The notes under the pieces were generated by a model. That model did not search any database. It saw only the letters and a program-made list of their open reading frames with translations, and was not told the origin of the DNA. From Octopus sinensis (taxonomy: Eukaryota), in NCBI RefSeq assembly GCF_006345805.1, contig NC_043023.1, forward strand, positions 11,470,001 to 11,534,000: a DNA stretch of 64,000 nt, written 5' to 3'. Below are positions 27,914 to 42,684 of this stretch, piece after piece. The position numbers and the translations under genes were made by a program. The stretch's first letter is position 1. Each line of letters begins with the position of its first letter.

Positions 27914-28531
27914 GGTACTACTAGCGAAGACTGGAACCGGTGTGCGCCCACGCATGTCCGCGCTAGCTAGTCGTAAGTAGTCGATCCTACAACGACTTGC
28001 AAATGAGTTGAAGACAACCAATGGGTCTAATTAATGATCAGGACAAGAGGGTAGGTGGGGCGTTTAGTGTAAATAAACAAACAAGAAAACATCAAAACAA
28101 AACACACACACATATATATATATATATACGATGATGATGATGATGATGATACCTGAATGCTGTCCCTATTATGGATGATGTCCAAAAACTAAAAACTAGT
28201 GAAAGAATATATCACACATAAACACATATATAATATTTACTTGTATCGGTGTATATATACACACACACCACACACGATTAAAAACTAAAGAATATGAAAA
28301 CTAAAAGAATATATCTCACACATTTTATTTGATTTGTGTAAAAAAAATCATATACATTGTTCTAAGAAATAATTTATTTACTTACTTTAAAAAGTTCTTT
28401 TATTTTATTCTGTAAAATCAACTCATTTGCATACGCGCAAGTCGTTGTAGGATCAACTACTTACCACTAGCTAGCGTGGACACGCGACTGCGTGTGTGCG
28501 CGCACAGGGACCAGTCTTCGCTAGTAGTACC
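27914..28531. mobile_element. MITE family 2 copy with 8-bp TSD
   Basis: TAAAACTC at 27906-27913 and 28532-28539. GGTACT...AGTACC TIRs. The interior differs from 11748-12113. Confidence 0.85.
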
Positions 28532-28879
28532 TAAAACTCTACCAGGTACGGATCTTTTCGGCTTGAACGGCAGTTGGTACTAGTTGCGTAAACTGGACCC
28601 GGTGCGCGCATCCGCGCTAGCCAGTCGTAGGTAGTTGATCCTACAGCGACTTGCGTATGCAAATGATCTGATTTGCGCAACATTGCAAAAACTAAGTTAA
28701 TAGCGAGCCCTTACTGGAGCTTAGGAAATATTTTTCAACGATATACGGTGTATATTATTTTAAAAACAATTGCGTTTTTTTTTGTTACAAAACAATTAGA
28801 AGCATTGAAAAAAAGCAAAACAACCTTAAGGACAGTCAAACATTTTTTTTTTTCAAAGTAGACCACTACGGGCAACAAT

Positions 28880-29080
28880 TCATTTGTGTTTTCATCCCGT
28901 CGCAGACCCTGGAAGAAACACGCCGTCTTTAGCCTGTGACGTCATGTCCCACTTGGGGTCCTTTCCTGTCGCCAACCCCTCTCCTTTCCCGCCATACACC
29001 GACTTCAGCTTTATATATATATATAATTCTCATTATTTTTATGTTTTTGCATCTCTCTTCCCTTGCCTACACACTCTAAG
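28880..29080 (-). promoter_or_regulatory. Putative core promoter of gene 4
   Basis: TGACGTCA at 28937-28944. Paralog of 34410-34610, which abuts exon 1 of gene 5. Confidence 0.5.
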
Positions 29081-29366
29081 GCCACGAAGTTGGTCTGCTT
29101 GGTGGGAGGCGATTTAGTCTACTCTACTTCAAATCACACAACTTCGCCACCACAAACATAAATATCTTCATTGTTTAATTCCTGAGCAAGTGTCAAGTTA
29201 TCTATTTAATAGTTTCTCCCATTTTCCGAAGTCGCTGGTCAAATAACTTTTCACCCATCACACGAATTTCAGTACCAGAGGAACTGTTTTTACTGCCCAG
29301 CCACAATGTGTTAAACAATTTTGTTTGTCTTCTTATCATTTGTACATATATATATATGTATATTCA

Positions 29367-29545
29367 ACTGAGGTCTGGTGAACCAGACTCCAATCTGATC
29401 TGGCAGAGTTTCTACAGCTGGTTGGCATTAGGAAGGGCATCCAGCTGTAGAAACTCTGCCAGATCAGATTGGAGTCTGGTTTGCCAGACCTCAGTCAAAT
29501 CGTCCAACCCATGCTAGCATGGAAAGTGGACGTTAAATGATGATG
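29367..29545 (+). mobile_element. LINE tail fragment with an inverted 5' duplication forming a 55-bp hairpin
   Basis: 29367-29421 is the reverse complement of 29441-29495 with 2 mismatches. Confidence 0.85.
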
Positions 29546-29599
29546 ATTATTTGGTAGATTTCCATGACTACATTTCTGATGAGGTAGATTACGATGGTA

Positions 29600-30571
29600 A
29601 TACTTTTTAGGTGGTTTAGATTACGATTACATACAAATTTGTTGTCACAATTTTTTTCGGAGAAGTTGGAGTCCAGAAGAATTTCGGGTAAATTTTGATA
29701 ATTTCACCCACAAGATTTTCATAAAGACAAACAAAAAGACTCAGATTTTTTGCACGGAATCAAGTACCCTGACCTCACAATGTGCTGCAAACTCCTTATT
29801 TTTGCTTGGAAAAAGTGGTGCGGATGCCCCCACCTCGGAATCAATGGAAATATATATTTTTTTCATAGGATGATGATGATATATATATATATATGTATAC
29901 ACACACATATATATGTGTGTGTGTGTGTGTGCATACGTACATATATATTTGAAGCAAACAGCATAAACTGTGAACAAGTTAGCATTAGGAGAATACACCC
30001 AAAGAAACACAAACAAATCAGATTGGAACCTAGTGCAGCATTATGGTTTGCTAGCTCATGTCACACTGTGCCACGCATGCCAGTAAAAAAATAAAAATTT
30101 CACTAAATGATAATGATGATAACAGAGACAATGATGAAAACACATAGACAAAATCAACTTCAGTGTAACCTTTTATTCATTATTCCCATTTCTTTATTCT
30201 CTCAAAACAAATTGCTCAAAAATCCAGAGCAATCATCTTCAGAAATCAAAGGCATTGTTGATATACTTCCATATATATACATGACATTCATGAATTTGAT
30301 GTTGACATTATTGAAAATGAAGTCGATAACATCATATTTGAAGAGATAAAAATAGCCCAGTCTTTCAGCAGAAAAAAAATAGCCATAATTGTTGTAATAA
30401 AGATTAATACTGAATGGTTGCACTTTTGTGTGAATACTCACATGTGTACTTAAATGGCGTTTTTGAGAGAATGATTTACCACAGATATCACAATGATATT
30501 GTTTTTCCCCAGTATGTATATGCTTATAATTAGTGAAGTCACTATTGTATGAGAATGATTTACCACATATA
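29600..30571 (-). other. Decayed terminal fingers and conserved 3' region, gene 5
   Basis: Out-of-frame fingers at 30420-30570. The 3' region is similar to 57340-57790. Confidence 0.65.
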
Positions 30572-32170
<1,599 letters not shown>

Positions 32171-32432
32171 AATTCAACATTGTAAATATTACAACATGAA
32201 CACTGTCAGAGATTTAATGTCAATGTTTACAGGGGTCAGAGTTCATTGAGGCGTTGAAACATTGGTATACCCACACAAGTTTACTACACACTTCACCTTT
32301 ACAACCATTCAGAAAAATGTTTGATTTAAGACTTCATGTAGCCCGACCGGAATTCCCTTTTCTGGACCAGCTCGCTAGTTAGCCGGCAGTGAAGGTCCCT
32401 GTCTTCATGATGTCTATGATGAGCCCATGGGC

Positions 32433-33197
32433 AGTGCCCTACACATCATTAGGATCTTTTTGCTTTGACCGGCAGATTTTCAAAATAATTTCTATGTAAC
32501 TAAAAAATTTTAAACTTCGTATACTGGTAGAATGTGCTTATAAAACATCTTTTTCTCTTGGCATTCTTGAGAAAATTCTGTAGTTTGTAACATATTTGTT
32601 GTTTAATTTCTTGCATTTCAGCAATTTCAACCAATCAAAGACGTCTATTGATGTGAAAACGATTTCAGCCGTAACATTTACCGACGGCGTCATGTGAAAA
32701 TATCCCTGATTTTTATGAGAAAAAAGATACCCTGTGGCCATAAACTGAGGGGTCACTCGTAAACAGAGCTGGATAACAAAACCGTTCCCTCTTTAGTGTC
32801 CACCCATAATTATGACCCTAGTATCGATCTATTGCATTTGAATCTGTTTTAGGGTTAGGGTTGGGGGGGAAGGGTATCTTTTTTTCTTCAGAAATGTAAA
32901 TAAACCCAATCTGTTTCTTAAACGAATATAATATGTAACAGGGACATTTTCATATAACGCAGCCAGAGATCGTTTTCACCTCAATAGGCGTCATTGATTG
33001 GTTGAAATTGCCGAAATGGCAGAAATTAAACAACAAATATGTTTCAAACTACAGAATTTTCTCAAGAAAACCAAGAGAAGATGTTTTATAAACACATTCT
33101 ACCAGTATATGAAGATTAATTTATTTTTAGTTACATAGAAATTATTTTTAAAATCTGTCGGTCAAAGTGAAAAGATCCTAATGATGTGTAGGGCACT
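32433..33197. mobile_element. Composite inverted (foldback) MITE family 1 structure
   Basis: Two opposed right ends. The 19-bp flanks AGTGCCCTACACATCATTA and TAATGATGTGTAGGGCACT are perfect inverted repeats. Confidence 0.75.
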
Positions 33198-34135
33198 ATT
33201 ATCATCATCATTATTTTCTTTACACGGAATGGAATGAAATACAAAGCCGACCTCGGCAGAAAGTCCTCAGTTCAAATACGGATGAGATCGACTTTATCTT
33301 TCATCTCTTCCGGGGAAAAAACCGGGATCCATGCAATCGACTGATCGCTCGTATTAAAGATTGCTGACCCTGGGCCAGTTTTGAAATCATCATCATCATT
33401 ACTATTATTAATATAACATTACATTAAATCTTTATCAACTTACCGTTTTATCAATGCCTCATAAACAACAGGATAACATATATTAATGTGGAATTCTTCA
33501 ATCGGACTCCTCACATTCTACTAATTAATTACGCTGTTTTATTATCACTTTACCAATTAATTTCAGTTCTATCACATGTAACAGACGGTCGTAGTATTTT
33601 ATAAACAACAAATCAACATTTCAGGTGCAAAGTTATTAATTAAGTCGAAGAAATATATTTTCCTAATTTTGTTACGTTTTCGGTTCGAAAAATAATTACT
33701 GTAACATCGAGAGGTTCACATAATTCTATTATTTACATTATTATTATTATCATTACAGCCTTAAAGTAAATCTTTCTCAACTTACCGTTTTATCAATGCC
33801 TCATTAACAACGGGACAACGTTAATTAATGTGGTATTCTTCAATCGGTTTCTTCTCATTTTACTAATTAATTTTGCCACATTACATTCATTTTTACAAAC
33901 TAATTTACTAAATATCACATGTAACAGTCGATCATAGGTTTTCATAAATAACAGATCAACATTTCAGTTCGGAAGTTATTAATTAAGACGAACAAATATA
34001 TTTTCCTAATTGTTGTCAGGTTCCCGCTTCGAAAAATAATTACTGTAACATCGAGAGGTTCACAGAATTCTATTATTTACCTTATTATTAGTAGTATTAT
34101 CAACACTATTACAGCCTTAAAGTAAATCTTTGTCC

Positions 34136-34610
34136 ACTTACCGAATTCACAAATAAACAGCGACTCAGTGATCGGTAATTAAGCACATTAATTAGCTTTT
34201 TTGGCCACGAGGTTGATGTGGTGCAGAAGTTGTTTCCCCTGATATAATTGTATTTCCTTAATTCTCCAATAGAGAGCGCTACTGACTCGTTGGATTTGTT
34301 CCGGTTTTTCTTTTTACTTTGTCCCATTCTGTCAATAACTTCATCTTCAAGTTCTTTTAAAATTCTCACCAGATTATTTTAAGAAAGTGTACTTGTATAT
34401 TCTACCCTATGACCGTTTCCAGCACACAACTTCATCCCGTCGCAGACCCTGGAGAAAGAGGCCGTCTTAACCTGTGACATCATGTCCCAGTTAGGGTCCT
34501 TTCCTGTTGCCAACCCCTCTCCTTACCCGCTATACACAGACTTCAGCTTTATATAATAGATAATTCTCATTTTTTTTGGTTTTAGCATCTCTCTTCCCTT
34601 GCCTACACTA
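34136..34610 (-). promoter_or_regulatory. Putative promoter (TGACATCA 34475-34482) and exon 1 of gene 5, donor TCG|GTAAGT (intron starts 34141)
   Basis: Conserved block. The intron-proximal part is tandemly duplicated at 33390-34130. Confidence 0.6.
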
Positions 34611-34794
34611 GGCAATGACTTTCCCAACATGTCAAATCAAGCTCTAGAGAGCTTATTTATTGCTTCAGCTTATCCTTATACCTAAGGCCAGGCTGTCATG
34701 ATATCCCTCTATTTGTTGGACTCACTGAAGAATTTTTGTAATGCAGTCATTTCCATTTCGAAAACATGTCCTAACCATCTACACTGAATTCTCA

Positions 34795-35275
34795 TCAGTA
34801 TACAAGTGAGACCATAACCCGTGGCCTCTACATGGGATGTAGCCAGCCCACTTATGCATACCTTTCCTTCTTGAGACACAAAACTCTATTTGTGAAGACC
34901 TGTTGAGGCAGTGAGAATCGAAATCGATCAACATCAATGGTAATTGCAGCTGTGATACCATGCCGGTGGTACATAAGAGAACCATCCGAACGTGGCCGTT
35001 GCCACCGCCGCTCCGACTGGCTTCGTGCTGGTGGAACGTAAAAAGCACCATCCATTCATGGCCATTGCCAGCGTCGCCTTGCCCCCCATGCCGGTGGCAT
35101 GTAAAAAGCACCCACTACACTCACGGAGTGGTTGGCGTTAGGAAGGGCATCCAGCCGTAGAAACATTGCCAGATCAGACTGGGCCTGGTGCAGCCTTCAG
35201 GCTTTCCAGACCCAAATTGAACCGTCCAACCCATGCTAGCATGGAAAGCGGATGCTAAACGATGATGATGATGCT
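34795..35275 (+). mobile_element. 5'-truncated LINE 3' UTR copy inserted in the gene 6 3' region
   Basis: Matches 18985-19856 with two repeat units. Absent from the paralogous empty site near 60750. Confidence 0.85.
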
Positions 35276-35989
35276 TTGGATGCTGGACATATTACATTTT
35301 TTTTAAGATTTTCACATCGGATATCTTATCTTGCAATTTTGTAGCATATGGAGTGTAAACGGCAATTGTGAAAAGTTTCATGTTTTTTTTCTTTATTTCC
35401 CTCTAGAAGATTTGTATACAAGTTTTGTGTACACCTATTTTTGTAATTAGACTGACATCATGTTCACAACACACATCAAATTAAATTCAAAACTAAAAGA
35501 GCTACTACTGGTTCATGTTAGCATGATACTTGCAGAGGGATATTTATAAAACACACCATGTATCTTAAGGGCATACAGCCAAATCTGGAGCAGTACTCTG
35601 GTTGATTGACAGCTCTTGTAACACTTTCCCACCTGATCCTGCATAGAAAACGTTAAAGGATGATGAGAATGATGATGATGATGATGACGAAAACACAACA
35701 AGACAAAATCAATGTCACTCAAAACTTTTATTTCCTTATTCCCATTCCTTATTCTCTCATAACAAATTCCTCAAAAATCCAGCACAATCTTCTCAGAAAT
35801 CAAGTCATCTCTGTGTTGATATATTTAGATATATAAATGATATTGAAGTTGAGATTCATGAATTTCATGTTGACATCCAAGAAACCGAAGTTGATAATGT
35901 CAAGCATGAAGAGGAATAAACCCTGTCTTTTAGCAGACAAAATATTCATAATCGCTGTGCTGTTGTCATAAATTTTAACATTGATACGG

Positions 35990-38464
35990 TTACACTTGTG
36001 AATGAACACTCACATGTGTACTTAAGAGGCCTTTTTGAGAGAATGACTCACCACAGATATCACAAGGATCTGGCTTCCCTTCTGTATTAATATCCTTGTG
36101 AGTAGTTAAAAAATTATTTTCAGCAAATGATTTACCACAGATGTTACAGTGATATGGATTTTCCCCAATTTTGAATATGTTGTTTACTCTTGCTAGAGAA
36201 TGATTCACCAGATATCACAATCATCTGGCTTCTCCCCTGTATGTGTACGTTTGTGTCTAGACAAGATTCCACTTTGAGAGAATGATTTTACCACGATATC
36301 ACAGTGATATGGTTTCTCACTTGTATGAATCCGTTTGTGTTGTGTTAATGAACTACTTTGAGGGAATGATTTACCACAGTAATCACAATGATATGGCTTC
36401 TCTCCTGTATGAATACGTTTATGGACAGTCAAGTCACCATTACAAGAAAATGATTTGCCACAGATATCACAACGATATGGTTTTTCCCCAGTATGAATAC
36501 GTTTGTGACGAGTGACAGTGTTATTTCTGGAAAATGATTTACCGCAGATGTCACACTGGTATGGATTTTCCCCAGTATGAATGCGTTTGTGACGAGTCAA
36601 TTGACTATTTCTAGTGAATGATTTACCACAAATATCACACTGATATAACTTTTCCCCAGTATGAATACGTTTGTGATCAGTCAAACAACTACTTGTTGGG
36701 AATGCTTTATCACAGATATTACAATGATATGGCCTCTCTCCTGTATGAACACGTTTGTGAGAAGTTAAATTGCTACTCTCAGCAAATGATTTGCCACAGA
36801 TATTACAATGATACGGCTTCTCTCCTGTATGAATACGTTTGTGTTTAATCAAGCCGCTGCTTCCAGAAAATGATCTACCACAGATATTACATTGATATGG
36901 CTTTTCACCTGTATGAATACGTTTGTGACAAGTGAGAGTGTTATTTCTGGGAAACGATTTACCGCAGATATCACAATGATAAGGATTTTCCTCAGTATGA
37001 ATAAGTTTGTGACGAGTGAGTGTTAAACTGGAAAAGGATTTACCACGGATATCACATTGGTATGGATTTTCCCCAGTATGTGACAAGTCAATTGACTATT
37101 TCCAGTGAACGATTTATCACAGATATTACAATGAAATGGCTTCTCTCCTGTATGTGTGAACGTGTGTGTAGTCAAGGCACTCCTTTCAGAGAATGACCCA
37201 CCACAAATATCACGGTGATATGGTTTCTCTCCTCTATGTACGCGTCTGTGTGATTTCAAGTTACCAGACTGAGAAAATGATTTACCACAGATATCACAAT
37301 GATATGGTTTTTCCCCAGTATGAATACGTTTATGTCTACATAATTCACTCTTACCAGTGAATGATTTACCACAGATATTACAAAGATATGCTTTATCTCT
37401 TTTATGTGTAGGTTTGTGCTTAGTCAAGTCATCACTTTGAGAGAAAGATTTACCACAGATATCACAATGATATGGTTTTTCCCCAGTATGAACGTGCTTG
37501 TGTCTAGTCAAGTCACTGTTTGCAGCGAATGATTTATCACAAATATCACAATGATATGGCTCCTCTCCTGTATGTGTACATTTGTGCTTAGGCAAGTCAC
37601 TACTTTGAGAAAATGATTTACCACAGATATCACAACGATACGTTTTTTCCCCTGTATGAATACATTTGTGACAATTCAATTCACTATTTCTAGAGAATGA
37701 TTTACCACAGATACTACAATGAAATGTTTTTTCTCCTGTATGAGTAAGTCTGTGCCTAGTCAATTGACTACTTCGAGAGAATGATTTACAACAGATATCA
37801 CAATGATATGGCTTCTCACCTGTATGAACACGTTTGTGTGATTTCAAGGTACCAGACTCAGAAAATGATTTACCACAGATATCACACTGATATGGTTTTT
37901 CTCCAGTATGAACGTGCTTGTGTCTAGCCAAGTCACCGTTTGCAGTGAATGATTTACCACAGATATCACAATGATATGGCTTCTCACCTGTATGAACACG
38001 TTTGTGTCTAGTTAAAGCACCAATTTGAGAAAATGATTTATCACATAAATCGCAGGGATATGGTTTTTCACCAGTATGAATACGTCTATGAGTAGTCAAC
38101 TGACTATTACAAGAGAATGATTTACCACAGGTATCGCAATGACACGGTTTTTCTCCTGTATGTGTATGTTTGTGAACAGACAAGTGACTTCTCCGAGAAA
38201 ATGATTTTCCACAGACATCACAATGATATGGCTTCTCACCTGTATGAATATATCTGTGTCTAATCAAGTTACTTCTTCGAGGGAATGATTTTTCACAGAC
38301 ATCACAATGATATGGCTTCTCACCCGTATGAATACATCTGTGTCTAGTCAAGTTACTTTTTTGAGAGAATGATTTTCCACAGACATCACAGGAACATGGT
38401 TTCTCTTTTGTACCAGGGTTTTTAGATTAGTTAAATTATTCATTATGGGAGAATAATTTGTCAT
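35990..38464 (-). CDS. ZNF gene 6: ~26 fingers plus decayed terminal fingers; multiple frameshifts (~38429, ~38398, ~37080, ~36205)
   Basis: ORFs 37023-38351, 36205-37086 and 35990-36208. The N-terminus is recoverable by comparison with gene 9. Confidence 0.85.
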
Positions 38465-38900
38465 ATATATCACAAGGATATTGTTGTTTTCCTTTGTATG
38501 AATATGCTTGTGTTGTGTCACTATTTTCTGGGAAGAACTTAATACAATGTTTCTTTCATCTGTGATCTTACTTAATATCTAAATTAGCAGGTGAAAACTG
38601 TCAGGTCCTTCGTAAAGTTACACAAACTTGTAAAGCAATCACCTCCTCTACGTTCCAGACAGTGAAGACAAGAAACAATATTTTGCTGTTGTTTGTCATA
38701 GATTATATCAATATAAAAAGGTTGATGTATAGATGAATGCTCCTTATAAATATATCGTCTTCCTTTAGTTGATGAAAGTTGATAAAAATATCAAAAGGTC
38801 ATCTGAACGAGAGTAATTCCTTTTATGTCAACATGATGTGATATTCTGAAATAGAATAAGAACAGTAAGATAAAGAGGATAGTTAAGTGACATAGTAATT
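38465..38900 (-). promoter_or_regulatory. Leader and acceptor (CAG 38848-38846), gene 6
   Basis: Paralogous block, closest to genes 5 and 9. Confidence 0.7.
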
Positions 38901-38989
38901 CAACATTTGTAATATTACAACATGAACACTGTCAGAGATTTAATGTCAATGTTTACAGGGTCGGAGTTCATTGAGGCGTTGAAACATTG

Positions 38990-39290
38990 GTTACCCACAC
39001 AACCTGCTACACCCCAAATTTCCTTACTCGTTTCAGTCATTTGACTGTGGCCATGCTGGAGCACCGGTTTTAGTCAAGTAAATCGATCCCAGGACTTACT
39101 GTTTGGAAGCCAAGTACTTATTCTATCGTTCACTTTGGCCGAATCGCTAAGTTACGGGGACATAAACACACCAGCATCGGTTGGCAAGCGATGTTGGGAA
39201 GACAAACACAGACACACACACACATATACAAAGGGCTTCTTTCAGTTTCCGTCTACACGAAATCCATTCACAAGGTTTAGGTCGGCCCTA
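38990..39290 (-). mobile_element. Family-A SINE, 5'-truncated; equivalent copy at 54215-54500 (+)
   Basis: Matches the 3' part of 62854-63230. Confidence 0.7.
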
Positions 39291-39475
39291 CACCTACCTT
39301 CCTCATACCTTTCAGAAAAATTCATGTTTGATATATCTAAGACAATCGAGCTTATTTTCTCAATCTTTCTATACATTTTAACAGTTTGCAGTAACTTCCG
39401 CTGACCTCGGAAGGAAGATGCTGTTTTTAACCTGTCGCCTCCTGACGTGATGTCATTTCGTGACCCTTCCTGACG

Positions 39476-40019
39476 CCTTCAACTAACACTATCTTCTCCG
39501 AGACCTGCGGTGCAAGTTGACCAAAATTGAGAGTATGATAGAAGGCTTGCTCTTCCTTCTGTAGAAGAAAAATTGAAATCGGACCATGTTAACACCTAAA
39601 ATTATTTACATCAAAAAGGTGCTTTTTTTCTATGAAAAGCCCTATTTTTTACGATGTATGGCAGGTTTGGTAGCCTTCAACTAACACTATCTTCTTCGAG
39701 ACCTGCGGCGCATGTTGACCAAAATTGAGAGTATGATAAAAGAAGACTTGCTCTTCCTTCCGTAGAAGAAAAATTCAAATCGGACCATGTTAACACCAAA
39801 AATTATTACATCAAAAAGGTGCTCTTTTTCTATGAAAATCCTTATTTTTTACGATTTTTTAACTGCTGTGTCATCATTTTCTGGTGTATTTCAACCAGAA
39901 AAATGTTTACTAAAGAGAATAACAAGCTACATAATGTAAAATTTTTCCTTTTCAAAATTCCAATTCTAAAGGGTCGAAAAGAAAAACAAGTCCGAGCAAA
40001 GCTGGGCTATACTGCAAGT
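39476..40019 (+). mobile_element. Non-autonomous Helitron-like element with an internal ~200-bp tandem duplication
   Basis: 3' hairpin CCGAGCAAAGCTGGG plus a degenerate CTAG (CAAG). Same family as 40527-40904. Confidence 0.6.
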
Positions 40020-40526
40020 ATATATATATATAATGTGTAAGGCATACATCCATAGTCATTTACGTATGCAAAAAAACCCAGCAGATACCCAACTTTGCTC
40101 GGGATTAAAATAGCATACTTTGTAAATATGTTACAGTATTTTCAAATCATGTGAAAGTACAGTATTGATGATGTAACATTTGTGGAGTAAATGATGGGCT
40201 AATTCGAGTAAGCGACATGTCGTGAGTTCGTTTGGAGGATTCCTGGCCAGGCCCTAACCTGTCATGGAAAATTGGGGTACGTGATTCTTGAGGGCACTGA
40301 AAAGCTGTCAATGGATACAATCTCCATTGCAGCCGTCGACGTATGCTTGACAGTCGAATAAATGTAGGTGCAATGAGATATTGTACGTAAATGGGGTCAT
40401 TCCAGAAAGGGGCGGCAACGGGGAGGTAAGCTATTGAAATGTTGCAGAAGGCGATGGGTTGACATTGAACTTCTCGTGTTTTTTTTATAGAAAAAGAAAT
40501 ATAATGTGAGCCTATGTAGAAATGAA

Positions 40527-40904
40527 TCTCTCTATATAAAGCTGAAATTGTCTGTGTATGGCAGGTTTGGTAGCCTTAACTAACACTATCTCCTCCGAGA
40601 CCCTGCGGCGCAAGTTGACGAAAATTGAGAGTATGATAGAAGAAGGCTTGCTCTTCCTTCCGTAGAAGAAAAACTTCAAATTGGACCATGTTAACACCAA
40701 AAATTATTTATATCAAACAGGTGCTTTTTTTCTATGAAAATCCCTATTTTTACGATCTTTTGACTGCGGTGTCAACATTTTTCGGTGTATTTCAAACAGA
40801 AAAAATGTTCACTTAAAAGAGAATAACAAGTACATTAATGTTAAAATTATGACTTTTCAAAAAATTCAATTATAAACGGCGTCGAAAATACAAACCGAGA
40901 CAAC
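40527..40904 (+). mobile_element. Non-autonomous Helitron-like element running into the gap
   Basis: A|TC...TATATAAAG 5' end. Homologous to 39476-40019. Confidence 0.6.
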
Positions 40905-41004
40905 NNNNNNNNNNNNNNNNNNNNNNNNNNNNNNNNNNNNNNNNNNNNNNNNNNNNNNNNNNNNNNNNNNNNNNNNNNNNNNNNNNNNNNNNNNNNNNNN
41001 NNNN
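40905..41004. other. Assembly gap (100 N)
   Basis: Read directly from the sequence. Confidence 1.
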
Positions 41005-41213
41005 AAGGTTTGGTGGAAGATTTTAATTCAGAACTTTGCCCAACCACATGGTGACAGGGATGTAAACAAACTAACACACAGAGTCAAGAGGTGTGTGGCA
41101 GGGAGGTGGACAAACAGAGACACACAGACATAATTGTATAAATGATACTTTCCCTGTACCAAATCCCCTCAGAAGGTTTAGTTAGCTCAGGGCTAAAGTA
41201 GAAGACACTTATT

Positions 41214-41854
41214 GGATCTTTTCGGTTTCAACGGCACTTTTTCTAGCAGTGTCATATGAAATTGTCACCCATAATTATGACCCTAGTATCGATCTATTGC
41301 ATTTCAATCTGTTTTAGGGTTAGGGGTGAAGGGAAGGGTATCTTTTTTTTCTTCAGAAATGTAAATAAACCCAATCTGTTTCTTAAACGAGGGTCATATT
41401 CATACGGCACAGAATGTTGTTTTTTTTACCTCAATAAACGTCATTGATTGGTTGAAATTGCAGAAATTGAAGAAAAAACACAACAAACATCTTACAAACC
41501 ACCGAATGTTCTCAATAAAGTGTTTAGTTACGTGGAAGTTATTTTAAAAACTGCCGTTCAAACCGAAAAGATCCTTTTTTTCTTAAGAAATGTAAATAAA
41601 CCCAATCCGTTTGTTAAACGAGGGACATATTCATACGGCACAGAATATATATTTTTTTTTACCTCAATAGACGTCAGTTATTGGTTGAAATTGAAGAAAA
41701 AATAACAGCAAATATCTTACAAACTATAGAATTTTCTCAATAAAGCCAAGAGAAAAAGATGTTTTAGAAACACATTCTACCGGTATACGAAGTTTAAAAG
41801 TGTTTAGTTACCTAGAAGTTATGTTAAAAACTGCCGTTCAAACCGAAATGATCC
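41214..41854 (+). mobile_element. MITE family 1: one copy plus a tandem partial copy
   Basis: TIRs at 41214, 41574 and 41854. Confidence 0.75.
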
Positions 41855-42271
41855 GAATTATTTATTTTGTTAAAAAAAACCTATGTGGCACTCGCGCTAA
41901 GTAGACGTTTTAGAATCCACTAGTCACTACTAGCTAGCGAGTAAGTGCGGGCATAGGGACCACTCTTCTTAAATAGTACCGGGTTAGGGTTAGGTTTAGG
42001 GTTAAAAAGTGCGCACATTGGAACCACTGTTCTCTAGTAGTACCTAGAAACACACCTCTGCACGAAAATGACACCTAATTTTTGAAAAAGTTATTAAGAT
42101 GGTAAATATAAACAAAATAGATGAAGTATGCAAAAAATGACGAAGATTCATCCGTTTTTAAATATTTTATACTAAAAAATAAAATGTTTTCGCTTCGAGA
42201 AGTTCGCATAACTTTATTATTTAAATTATTAATTAATAGTATTATTACAGTCTTAAAGTAAATCTTTATCA

Positions 42272-42684
42272 ACTTACCGTATTCAGATATAAACAAGCCA
42301 GTGATTGGTAATTAAGCACCTTAATTAATAATTTAATTGGACCGCAGTTGAAGCCTTGTAGAAGTTACTTCCCTTGATATGGTTGTACTTCTATTCTCCA
42401 ATAGATGGCTTTACTATCTGGTTGAAGTCGTTCCAGCTTTTTTTTTTTGTCCCTTTTATCAACAATTTCACCGTCAAGTTCTTTCAAACTTTCACCAGAT
42501 TATTATAACGAAGTGTATTCTCATATTCTCTACAACCGTTTCCAACGCATGATTTGACCCCGTCAAAGATACCATAATACAGAAGACGTCTTCAACATGT
42601 GGCTTCATGACGTGACGTCATGCCGTCGCACTTCCGGTCCTTTCCCTTACGTCATTTCCTCTCCTTTCCAATCATTGTCCTTCC
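42272..42684 (-). promoter_or_regulatory. Putative promoter (TGACGTCA 42613-42620; ACTTCCGG 42630-42637) and exon 1, donor ACG|GTAAGT (intron starts 42277)
   Basis: Conserved block. Its partner ORF is gene 6 or a gene hidden in the gap. Confidence 0.6.
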
